DNA of 41,495 nt from Endomicrobiia bacterium. GTDB lineage: Bacteria; Elusimicrobiota; Endomicrobiia; DTEH01. Every line of letters begins with the position of its first letter. The first letter of the stretch is position 1. The notes below the pieces were generated by a model, which was given only the letters and a program-made list of their open reading frames with translations, was not told where the DNA came from and did not search any database. Position numbers and translations under genes: made by a program. The stretch covers positions 1 through 41,495 of the forward strand of contig JBCNUU010000008.1 in assembly GCA_039630545.1 (NCBI GenBank), given 5' to 3'. Positions 27,127 to 35,497 of the stretch are shown here, piece by piece.

Positions 27127-27704
27127 TTGATTTTTTAAAAAATTTAGATATTTCAATTTTTTACTTTATAAATCATACTACAAAAAACCAAATTTTTGAT
27201 ATTGTTATGCCATTTATTACTAATACCAGAAACTTCTATATTATATTTTTGATTTTATGGTTTCTTATGATTTTTTCTTCTAATTTAAGATATAAGATTG
27301 CAGGCTGGAGTTTAATTGTAGGAGTTAGTTTATCTGATTTATTAAGCAGTAAAATTTTGAAACATATTTTTTTAAGAAAACGACCTTTTGAAGTTTTAGA
27401 GAATGTTTATCAGTTAGTAAAAGCAGCTGGCCCTTCTTTTCCTTCGTCTCATGCTGTAAATTCTTTTGCTGCAGCTACCTTAATAGCTTTGTTTTTTAAA
27501 AAACCGCTTTATAGTGTAGTGGCTTATATTTTGGCATTTTTTTCTGCTTACTCCAGGGTTTATGTAGGAGTTCATTATCCTTTTGATGTTCTTTTTGGTG
27601 CTATTTTAGGGATTTTATTTGGATGGATAGTATATAAGGTATTAGATAAGGTATTTAAGTTAGAAAAATTATCTATTTATAAGAGAGACAATTACTCCAT
27701 ATAA
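27123..27704 (+). CDS. PAP2 family phosphatase (undecaprenyl-diphosphatase-like)
   Basis: K.....RP, SFPSSH, SRVYVGVHYPFDV motifs; multiple TM segments. Confidence 0.93.
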   Translation: MIDFLKNLDISIFYFINHTTKNQIFDIVMPFITNTRNFYIIFLILWFLMIFSSNLRYKIAGWSLIVGVSLSDLLSSKILKHIFLRKRPFEVLENVYQLVKAAGPSFPSSHAVNSFAAATLIALFFKKPLYSVVAYILAFFSAYSRVYVGVHYPFDVLFGAILGILFGWIVYKVLDKVFKLEKLSIYKRDNYSI

Positions 27705-28493
27705 ATTAACACTTTGTTCTGAGTGAGGTAGTTTATACTCTTTTAAATACCAGTTTTTATATATTCCAGAGAGTTTTAAAAGATATTTTTTTGATAATAA
27801 AAAATTTAAACTTAAAATAAATGTCTCTTCTTTTGAAGAAGAATTGAATTCATCTCTTAAAAAGATAAAGAAATTGCCACCTCTATAAGTTTGTATGATT
27901 TCCGTAGAAACTGAAATTTTTGGTGAAATTAAAAAACTTGTTTGAAATCCCCAGTAGAGCAAATCTTTAAGCAAAAAATGCAGTTTATATCCTGTAGTTA
28001 AGTTTGATGTTAAACCAAATTTGTTTTTCTTTATGTATAAAACTCTCCAGTTAAATCCTGAGCTTCCACTAAAAAAGAAACTTCTATTTTTTTCTTTTAA
28101 AGAAGGATTATAACTTACTCCTCCCCAACCAACCTCAGAAGACAACTCCCATCCAGGATAAATAAAATTAAGTATTGGAGTTGATACATGAGCTATATAG
28201 TTACCATATAAGTAAAAAGTTCCAACAGAAAACTTAAATTTCTCGTTTATTATGTTTCCAGATTTATAATGAATATCTGAGTTTAAATAACCAATACTTA
28301 AAAAATTACAATTTCCAAACCCATATTCAAATTGATCTATTTGTAAACCCTCTCCCTTAAAAGCCATCTTTATTGGTTGAGGAAGAAGGCTGTAAAAAAG
28401 ATTTACTAAAAAATTGAAAGAAAAAAGAGGAGTACTAAAAAGTAAAAAAAACACTAAAATAAGCATTTTGCTTTTTTTGAAAAATCCTTCCAT
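27669..28493 (-). CDS. Hypothetical exported protein, probable outer-membrane beta-barrel
   Basis: 274-aa ORF filling the gap between + strand genes; signal peptide KSKMLILVFFLLFSTPLFS; aromatic/Gly-rich beta-strand pattern. Confidence 0.65.
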   Translation of the reverse strand: MEGFFKKSKMLILVFFLLFSTPLFSFNFLVNLFYSLLPQPIKMAFKGEGLQIDQFEYGFGNCNFLSIGYLNSDIHYKSGNIINEKFKFSVGTFYLYGNYIAHVSTPILNFIYPGWELSSEVGWGGVSYNPSLKEKNRSFFFSGSSGFNWRVLYIKKNKFGLTSNLTTGYKLHFLLKDLLYWGFQTSFLISPKISVSTEIIQTYRGGNFFIFLRDEFNSSSKEETFILSLNFLLSKKYLLKLSGIYKNWYLKEYKLPHSEQSVNLYGVIVSLINR

Positions 28494-28500
28494 ATTTTAG

Positions 28501-28537
28501 GTTGAAACTTATATAAAAATTTTATATTTTATTCAAC
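28501..28537. promoter_or_regulatory. Dyad-symmetric bidirectional promoter
   Basis: + strand TTGAAA-17-TATTTT; - strand TTGAAT-17-TATAAG; symmetric about 28519. Confidence 0.55.
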
Positions 28538-28538
28538 A

Positions 28539-29285
28539 ATGACCAAAATAGTAAAAGTAGGTTGTTGTGGTTTCCCTGTTGCTCAAAAAAAATATTATCA
28601 AGAGTTTGAGTGCATTGAAATCAACTCCTCTTTTTATCAAATCCCTTCTTTAAAAGTTGCTGAAAAATGGAAAAAATATAAAGAAGATATAAAACCTGAC
28701 TTTGAATTTATAATAAAAGCCTGGCAGATAATTACACATAAGTGCACATCTTTTACTTATAGAAGAATGAAGGAGAAACCTGGAAATAAGAAAAATTATG
28801 GTTTTTTTATGCCTACAAAAGAAGTCTTTTTAGCATGGGATAGAACGAAAGAGTTTGCTTTGGTTTTAGGTGCTAAAAAAATTTTGTTTCAGGCTCCAGC
28901 AAGCTTTTTGCCAACCAAGGAAAACTTAAAAAATCTGCATAACTTTTTTAAAGAAATAAATGCGGACAAAATTAAATATAACTTTGACTTCATAATAGAA
29001 TTAAGGCATCAACAGTGGGACAAAAAAATTGTTTCAAAAATTATAAAGGATCTCAATTTAATCCATTGTGTTGATCCTCTATATGATAGGTCTTCTGGAG
29101 GGAAGTTTAGATATTATAGACTTCATGGTTTGCATTCAGGCAACAGACTTGATTATAATTATTCATTTTCAGAAGAAGAACTTAAAAAAGTAGTTTTGAA
29201 ATGTGATAAATCTTTAAATTATGTTATGTTTAATAACTCTACAATGTATGAAGATGCACATAAGTTTAAAAAATTATTGTTATAA
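28539..29285 (+). CDS. DUF72 (YecE-like) protein
   Basis: VGCCGF, IEINSSFY, F.FIIKAWQIITH, LFQAPASF, ELRH..W, YYRLHG, YVMFNN. Confidence 0.92.
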   Translation: MTKIVKVGCCGFPVAQKKYYQEFECIEINSSFYQIPSLKVAEKWKKYKEDIKPDFEFIIKAWQIITHKCTSFTYRRMKEKPGNKKNYGFFMPTKEVFLAWDRTKEFALVLGAKKILFQAPASFLPTKENLKNLHNFFKEINADKIKYNFDFIIELRHQQWDKKIVSKIIKDLNLIHCVDPLYDRSSGGKFRYYRLHGLHSGNRLDYNYSFSEEELKKVVLKCDKSLNYVMFNNSTMYEDAHKFKKLLL

Positions 29286-29300
29286 TTTAAAAATCAAATT

Positions 29301-31028
29301 ATGAGAAATAAAGAAGTAGCAGAACAGTTTTATCTTATAGCTCAGCTTTTAAGTTTAACAGATGAAAATCCTTTTAAAGTAAGAGCATACGAAAAAGCAG
29401 CGCAAGTGATAGAATCCCTACCTGAGCCGATAGAGGAAATTTCAAAAGATTTTAAGAAACTTTCAGAAATTCCTGGTGTTGGGAAAAGTATTGCAGAAAA
29501 AGTAGTAGAGTATTTGTCTTCTGGGAAGATACAAAGACTTGAGGAACTTAAGTCAAAATTTCCTGAAGGAATATTTGAGATGTTAAAAATTCCGGGATTA
29601 GGACCAAAAAGGGTAAGGTTGCTTTTTGAAAAACTCGGGATAAGTGATACCGCTACCCTTAAGGAATATGCTCAAAAAGGAATGTTAAGAAGCTTACCTG
29701 GTTTCGGAGAGAAAGTAGAAAAAAATATTTTAGAGGGAATTCAACTTTTGTCTGTTTCTGAACAAAGGTTGTTGTTGTTTGATGCAATGAAGGCTGTAGA
29801 GGAGATTTTAAATGAACTTAAGAATAAAGACATAATAAATATAGATCCGTGCGGCTCTTTGAGAAGAAGAAAAGAAACAGTTGGCGATATTGATATTCTA
29901 TGTTGTGTAAAACCAGGTAAAGAAAAACAAACGATTGAAAAATTTACAAAACTTTCATCAGTTAAAAAAATACATGCATCAGGAGACACAAAAGCAAGCA
30001 TACTTACTACTTCAAATTTACAGGTTGATTTAAGAGTTGTTCCAAAAGAAGTATACGGAGCAGCTCTGCAGTATTTCACAGGTTCTAAACAACATAATAT
30101 TCACTTAAGGGAAATAGCTAACAAAAAAAATCTTACTTTAAGTGAATATGGAGTTTTTAGGGTTGGCAAAAAAGACAAACCCATTTGTGGTGAGACAGAA
30201 AAAGAAGTATATGAAATTTTAGGTCTTCAATATATTGAGCCAGAGTTAAGAGAAGACAGAGGTGAAATTGAACTAGCTTTAAAAGGGCAGCTTCCGAAGC
30301 TTTTAGAGTTAAAAGATATAAAAGGAGATACCCATATTCATTCTGTTTACTCAGATGGTGCAAATACCATAAAAGAGATTTCTGAATATGCTTATAGGTT
30401 AGGATATGAATGGATAATAATTTGTGACCATTCACAAAGTTTAAAAGTAGCAGGTGGGATGGAGATAAAAACACTTTATAAAAAAATAGAGGAAATAAAA
30501 AATCTCAATAAAACAAGTAAAGTTAAAGTTTTGTGTGGTCAAGAGGTAGATATTCTTTCTGATGGGAGACTTGACTATCCGGATGAAGTATTAAAAGAGC
30601 TGGATTTTGTTATAGCAGCTATCCATACTGGTTTTAAACAATCAGAAGAACAAATTACAGAAAGAATAATGAAAGCTATGGATAATAAATATGTTCATTC
30701 CATTTCCCATCCCACAGGAAGACTTTTAAATAAAAGATCACCCTATAAAGTAAACATTTCTAAAGTTATAGAACATGCAAGCAAAACACAAGTGATGCTT
30801 GAAATAAATGCTTTTCCAGAAAGGTTGGATTTAGATGATACAAATGTTAAGTATGCCAAAGATCAAGGGGTACTTATATCCATTGGTACAGATGCTCATC
30901 ATGTTTCTCAGATGGAATACATTGAATTAGGTGTTTATGTAGCAAGGAGAGGCTGGTTAGAGAAAAAAAATGTGGTAAATACCCTTTCATATTCTGAGCT
31001 ATTAAAACTTCTAAAACGAAGAAGATGA
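29301..31028 (+). CDS. polX: DNA polymerase X with PHP domain
   Basis: ENPFKVRAY, HhH motifs, GSLRRRKETVGDIDIL (DxD), VDLR, YFTGSK.HN; PHP motifs HIHS..SDG, DH, HPTGR, TDAH. Confidence 0.96.
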   Translation: MRNKEVAEQFYLIAQLLSLTDENPFKVRAYEKAAQVIESLPEPIEEISKDFKKLSEIPGVGKSIAEKVVEYLSSGKIQRLEELKSKFPEGIFEMLKIPGLGPKRVRLLFEKLGISDTATLKEYAQKGMLRSLPGFGEKVEKNILEGIQLLSVSEQRLLLFDAMKAVEEILNELKNKDIINIDPCGSLRRRKETVGDIDILCCVKPGKEKQTIEKFTKLSSVKKIHASGDTKASILTTSNLQVDLRVVPKEVYGAALQYFTGSKQHNIHLREIANKKNLTLSEYGVFRVGKKDKPICGETEKEVYEILGLQYIEPELREDRGEIELALKGQLPKLLELKDIKGDTHIHSVYSDGANTIKEISEYAYRLGYEWIIICDHSQSLKVAGGMEIKTLYKKIEEIKNLNKTSKVKVLCGQEVDILSDGRLDYPDEVLKELDFVIAAIHTGFKQSEEQITERIMKAMDNKYVHSISHPTGRLLNKRSPYKVNISKVIEHASKTQVMLEINAFPERLDLDDTNVKYAKDQGVLISIGTDAHHVSQMEYIELGVYVARRGWLEKKNVVNTLSYSELLKLLKRRR

Positions 31029-31681
31029 AAAATTTATTTTTATCAACTCAACAAATATATAAAATAGATGAAATGACTTCTAAAAAATTTCTTATCCCAT
31101 CTTTTACTCTTATGGAAAATGCTGGAAGGAGTGCTGCTGAGGTAATAAGAGACTATGCTAGAAAGAAAAATTTTAAGAAAATAGTCTTATTTTGCGGACC
31201 TGGAAGGAACGGTGGAGACGGATTTGTGGCAGGAAGATACCTCCACATATGGGGTTTTGAAGTCCTTTTAGTTTTAGTTGCTAATAAAATTGACTATAAA
31301 GATGATGCTCTTTTAAATTATAAGATAGTTAAAAGGCTTAATGTAAAAATAAAAAAATTTAATTCTAAAATCAGATATTTAATAAAAAATTACGATGTAG
31401 TTGTAGATGCTATATTTGGAATAGGATTAAAAAGAGAACTTAAAGGTATATATAAAGAAGCTGTGGAGTTAATAAACTTATCTAAAAAAGTTGTTTTCTC
31501 TGTAGACATTCCTTCAGGCCTTCACGCAGATACAGGTGAGGTTATGGGTGTGGCTGTTAAGGCTGATTATACACTCACGATAGGTTTCTTAAAAAAATGT
31601 TTTAAATATGAAAAAACAAAGAAATATTTAGGAAAGATTAAAGTTTTAGATATAGGCTACCCCGTATCAAAACTTGTTTAA
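31025..31681 (+). CDS. nnrE: NAD(P)H-hydrate epimerase (stand-alone YjeF N-domain)
   Basis: LMENAG, GPGRNGGDG, VDAIFGIG, SVDIPSG, DIG. Confidence 0.92.
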   Translation: MKNLFLSTQQIYKIDEMTSKKFLIPSFTLMENAGRSAAEVIRDYARKKNFKKIVLFCGPGRNGGDGFVAGRYLHIWGFEVLLVLVANKIDYKDDALLNYKIVKRLNVKIKKFNSKIRYLIKNYDVVVDAIFGIGLKRELKGIYKEAVELINLSKKVVFSVDIPSGLHADTGEVMGVAVKADYTLTIGFLKKCFKYEKTKKYLGKIKVLDIGYPVSKLV

Positions 31682-31709
31682 TCTTTTTTCTAACCTAAAA
31701 GAGTTCCTC

Positions 31710-31738
31710 TTGAAATTTTAAATAAATTTTTATATTAT
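31710..31738 (+). promoter_or_regulatory. Putative sigma70 promoter of yggS-proC
   Basis: TTGAAA-17 bp-TATTAT, ending 13 nt before the yggS ATG. Confidence 0.45.
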
Positions 31739-31751
31739 TAAAAATTACTTC

Positions 31752-32429
31752 ATGGAAGATGTAGTAGAAAGATACTTACAGCTAAAAAGGGAAGTAGAAA
31801 ACTATAATAAAAATGCTAGGATTGTAGTTGTTACTAAATATGCTTCAGATATAAATAGCATACTTAAATTATATGAAGCAGGAGCTACTGATTTTGCAGA
31901 AAACTACGCTCAACAGTTGGAAAAAAAAATTGAAGAGTTAAAAATAAATAATTTAAGATGGCATTTTATAGGGCATCTTCAGAAAAACAAAGTTAAAAAA
32001 GTTGTGCCTCTGGTTTTTCTTGTACAGTCTCTGGATTCTATAGATTTAGCAAAGAAGATAAATCAGGAAGCATCTAAATTGAATAAAGTTCAGCGGTGTC
32101 TTATAGAGCTTAAAGTTTCTTATGAAGATACAAAATTTGGAATAAAGGAGGATGATATTTATAAATTTGTAGAAGAAATTCTTTCTTTAAATTTAAATAA
32201 TCTTGAGATAGAAGGAATAATGACGATGGCACCATATTTTGAAGATCCACAAAAAACAAGGCCGTATTTTAAAAAGGCATATGAAATTTTTTGGAATATT
32301 AAAAAATCCTACTCTGATAAGCTTAAAAACTTTGAGATACTTTCTATGGGTATGAGCAGTGATTATAAGATAGCATTACAAGAAGGTTCTAATATGGTAA
32401 GAATAGGAAGTTTTTTATTTAAAAGTTAA
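31752..32429 (+). CDS. yggS: PLP homeostasis protein (YggS/PipY)
   Basis: VVVTKY, ENYAQ, WHFIGHLQKNK, GIMTMAP, LSMGMSSDY, MVRIGS. Confidence 0.95.
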   Translation: MEDVVERYLQLKREVENYNKNARIVVVTKYASDINSILKLYEAGATDFAENYAQQLEKKIEELKINNLRWHFIGHLQKNKVKKVVPLVFLVQSLDSIDLAKKINQEASKLNKVQRCLIELKVSYEDTKFGIKEDDIYKFVEEILSLNLNNLEIEGIMTMAPYFEDPQKTRPYFKKAYEIFWNIKKSYSDKLKNFEILSMGMSSDYKIALQEGSNMVRIGSFLFKS

Positions 32430-32436
32430 AATTCTT

Positions 32437-33249
32437 ATGAAAAAAGTAGGAATTATAGGTTGTGGAAATATGGGTGAAGTTTTGATAGAAGCAGCTTCTG
32501 AATTAGCAGGCAGTGAAAATGTGGTATGTTATGACATAGATGAGAAAAAATTAAATAAAATTAAAGATAAATACAAGCTTAACATAGCTACTTCAAATCC
32601 CGAGGTGGTAAAATTTTCTGAGGTAGTAATTATAGCTGTAAAGCCTCAACAGATTAAAGCTTTACTTGAAGAAATAAAAAGTTTTATAAATGATAATCAT
32701 GTTACAGTTTCAATTGCAGCAGGAGTTAAAATTTCAACAATTGAAAAAGTTTTAGGTAAAAGAAAACAAATAATAAGAGTTATGCCTAATTTACCTCTGA
32801 AAGTTTCATGTGGTGTTTCAGCTATGTGCAAAAATAGTTTTTGTAAAGATGTGAATTATGGTTTTGTAAAAAATTTGTTTGGGACGAAAGGAGTAGTTCT
32901 TGATGTAAAAGAGAAGTTTATAGATATAATCACAGCTATCTCTGGCTCAGGACCAGCATATGTTTTTTATATCTCTGAAATAATTCAAAAAATAGCAAGA
33001 AAACTGGGGCTTAATAAAAATATTGTAGAAGATCTTGTGAATTATACCATACTAGGTGCTGCGAATATGCTAATTAAAGAAAAGATTTCTGCAGAAAAAC
33101 TAAAAAATGCAGTTGCTTCAAAGGGCGGAACTACTGAACAAGCGTTAGATGTATTTTATAAACACAACTTAGAGAAAATTTTTTATAAAGCAATATATAA
33201 AGCTTTTAAAAGAGCACAACAGCTTTCTAGTTTAGTAGATAAAGGTTAG
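32437..33249 (+). CDS. proC: Pyrroline-5-carboxylate reductase
   Basis: IGCGNMG, IAVKPQ, SIAAG, RVMPN, SGSGPAY, VASKGGTT. Confidence 0.96.
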   Translation: MKKVGIIGCGNMGEVLIEAASELAGSENVVCYDIDEKKLNKIKDKYKLNIATSNPEVVKFSEVVIIAVKPQQIKALLEEIKSFINDNHVTVSIAAGVKISTIEKVLGKRKQIIRVMPNLPLKVSCGVSAMCKNSFCKDVNYGFVKNLFGTKGVVLDVKEKFIDIITAISGSGPAYVFYISEIIQKIARKLGLNKNIVEDLVNYTILGAANMLIKEKISAEKLKNAVASKGGTTEQALDVFYKHNLEKIFYKAIYKAFKRAQQLSSLVDKG

Positions 33250-33302
33250 TCTTTATACATTTTTAAATAAACCTTTATCTGCTGGAGGTGTAACAACTGA
33301 CC

Positions 33303-33569
33303 GTGATCATAAAAGTTAGAGTAGTCCCAAATTCTAAAAATAATGAGATTGTATCTCGAGTTGGAAGTGTAATAAGGTTGTGTGTTAAGACAAAAGATGT
33401 TGACAGTGATGAGACTAACGAAATAGTAAAAAGAGCAATTGCTGAGTTTTTTGGTGTTAAGTTAAAAGATATACACTTAAGAAAAGGACATAGAGGAAAA
33501 GAAAAAACAATAGAAATAGAAGGGAAATCAGACGAAGAACTCAAAGAGTTGATGGATTGTATTCCATAA
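33303..33569 (+). CDS. yggU: DUF167 (YggU/UPF0235) protein
   Basis: GTG start after GGAGG; I.VRVVPNSK...; G...KEK.IEI; typical yggS-proC-yggU context. Confidence 0.8.
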   Translation: MIIKVRVVPNSKNNEIVSRVGSVIRLCVKTKDVDSDETNEIVKRAIAEFFGVKLKDIHLRKGHRGKEKTIEIEGKSDEELKELMDCIP

Positions 33570-33603
33570 TAAGATTTTTTAAAAAACCTCATCGGTTTTA
33601 AAA

Positions 33604-34647
33604 ATGAACATCTTAGAGACCTTGCAGATAAGACCTTTTTTTTGGAAAAATTCCTTTCTTTATGTTTTAGACCAAAAACAACTTCCATTTAAAAAAACAT
33701 ATATAAAGTGTTCTACATATAAAGAAGCTATAGAGTGCATAAAAAACATGAATGTCAGAGGAGCACCAGCCATAGGTCTTGTTGGCAGTTATGCTTTATG
33801 TCTTGCTTTAAAAAATATGGATTCAAAAAATTTTTTAGATCTTTTAAAAAAAGCTACGGACGAAATAATTTCAGCAAGACCTACAGCTTATAATCTTTTT
33901 TATTGTGTGAATAGATTAAAACAGAAAATAACTCTAATGTTTTCCTCAGGAAAATCAAAAAAAGAGATATTTAATGAAGCACTAAGTGAGGCTTTTAGAT
34001 TAGAAAAAGAAAATTTTGAAAGTTTAAATAGACTAGTAAATTACGGCGTAAAACTGATAAAAAAAAGTTCTGTTGTGCTTACTCATTGTAATACAGGAGC
34101 ACTTGCTTGTGGTAGTGTAGGGACTGCTTTAGGAATTATAATTGAAGCTTATAATAAAGGCAAGATACAACATGTATTTGTAGATGAAACAAGACCATAC
34201 CTTCAGGGAGCAAAACTTACTGTTTTTGAATTAGAAGAAGCCAAAGTTCCCTACACACTTATTACAGACAACATGGCCGCTTTTGTCATAAAGGAAAAAA
34301 AGGTAAACTGTGTTATAGTCGGTGCTGATAGAATTGCAAGAAATGGAGATACAGCAAACAAAATAGGAAGTTTAAATCTTGCCATTTTATGCAGTTATTA
34401 TAAGATTCCGTTTTATGTAGCAGCTCCATTTTCAAGTATTGATAGAAGTATTCCTTCAGGAAGCTATATTAAAATAGAGTTTCGTACTCCTGAAGAGGTA
34501 ATTTATGTAAATGAAAAACCTATTACTGTTAAGAAAGCAAATGTTTTGCATCCTGCATTTGATGTTACAGATGCAAAGCTAATAACAGCTATCATAACAG
34601 AAAAAGGAATATTTAGATATCCATATGACTTTTCTAAAATTTGTTAA
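33604..34647 (+). CDS. mtnA: S-methyl-5-thioribose-1-phosphate isomerase
   Basis: LDQKQLP, VRGAPAIG, ARPTA, LTHCNTGALA, DETRPYLQG, VGADRIARNGDTANKIG, PAFDVT. Confidence 0.95.
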   Translation: MNILETLQIRPFFWKNSFLYVLDQKQLPFKKTYIKCSTYKEAIECIKNMNVRGAPAIGLVGSYALCLALKNMDSKNFLDLLKKATDEIISARPTAYNLFYCVNRLKQKITLMFSSGKSKKEIFNEALSEAFRLEKENFESLNRLVNYGVKLIKKSSVVLTHCNTGALACGSVGTALGIIIEAYNKGKIQHVFVDETRPYLQGAKLTVFELEEAKVPYTLITDNMAAFVIKEKKVNCVIVGADRIARNGDTANKIGSLNLAILCSYYKIPFYVAAPFSSIDRSIPSGSYIKIEFRTPEEVIYVNEKPITVKKANVLHPAFDVTDAKLITAIITEKGIFRYPYDFSKIC

Positions 34648-35164
34648 ACAAAAAATAGAAGATGAGAAATTAGAAAAATTTTTTTATAGTATAGTTGATA
34701 AAAAAGTAGTATGTGTTGGTGTAGGAAATACTTTAAAGGGAGATGATGGGGTAGGCTGTTATATTGTTGAAAAATTAAAAAATACAATAAATAACAAAAA
34801 TTTTCTTTTCATTAATGCTGGAGTAGTTATTGAAAATTATCTAGATAAGATAATAAAATTTGCTCCTGATATTGTAATATTTTTTGATGCTTTAAAAACC
34901 AATGTTGAGTGTGACTGCTTTATATTAGAAAAAGATCAGCTTCATAATTATACCTTTTCTTCTCATAATATTTCATTAGCTACAATAATAGAGTTTTTAG
35001 AGCAGAATTTAAACATCAAAAAAGCCTCATACTTTGTAGTGGCATTAAAAGTTTTAAAAACTGTTTTTTCTGAGAGTTTAAGCAGTAGTGTTAAATCTCT
35101 GGCTGATAAGATAGTAGAAGTATTTCTTAAGGTCTTAAAAGAAGCAGAAAAAAACTATGCATGA
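34625..35164 (+). CDS. Hydrogenase maturation protease (HycI-like)
   Basis: GVGNTLKGDDGVG, DA, SSH motifs of peptidase family A31; adjacent to hypA/hypF. Confidence 0.85.
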   Translation: MTFLKFVKQKIEDEKLEKFFYSIVDKKVVCVGVGNTLKGDDGVGCYIVEKLKNTINNKNFLFINAGVVIENYLDKIIKFAPDIVIFFDALKTNVECDCFILEKDQLHNYTFSSHNISLATIIEFLEQNLNIKKASYFVVALKVLKTVFSESLSSSVKSLADKIVEVFLKVLKEAEKNYA

Positions 35165-35492
35165 ACACAGTTTAGCAAAGACCCTAGCAGCAGTTATATT
35201 TGAAGTTATAGATAAAAACAAACCAAAGAAACCAAAAAAAACTACTATAGTTGTGGGTAAGGCTTCAGGAGTAAACAAAGAATTTTTGGAACACTCATTA
35301 AAAGACCATGTATTTAAAGGTACAATTTGTGAAAATATAGAGTTGGAGTTTAAGTTTGAGGAACCAAAAATTAAATGTAAAGAATGTGGATATGAAACAA
35401 CTCAAGCAGTGACAAAATGTAGATGTGGAGGCGACAATTTTGATGTGATTTCTGGCAAGGATACTTATGTGTTGGAGGTAGAGTTTTCCTAA
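35157..35492 (+). CDS. hypA: Hydrogenase nickel chaperone HypA
   Basis: MHE N-terminus, G..SGV, CKECG and CRCG zinc site. Confidence 0.92.
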   Translation: MHEHSLAKTLAAVIFEVIDKNKPKKPKKTTIVVGKASGVNKEFLEHSLKDHVFKGTICENIELEFKFEEPKIKCKECGYETTQAVTKCRCGGDNFDVISGKDTYVLEVEFS

Positions 35493-35497
35493 ATAAA

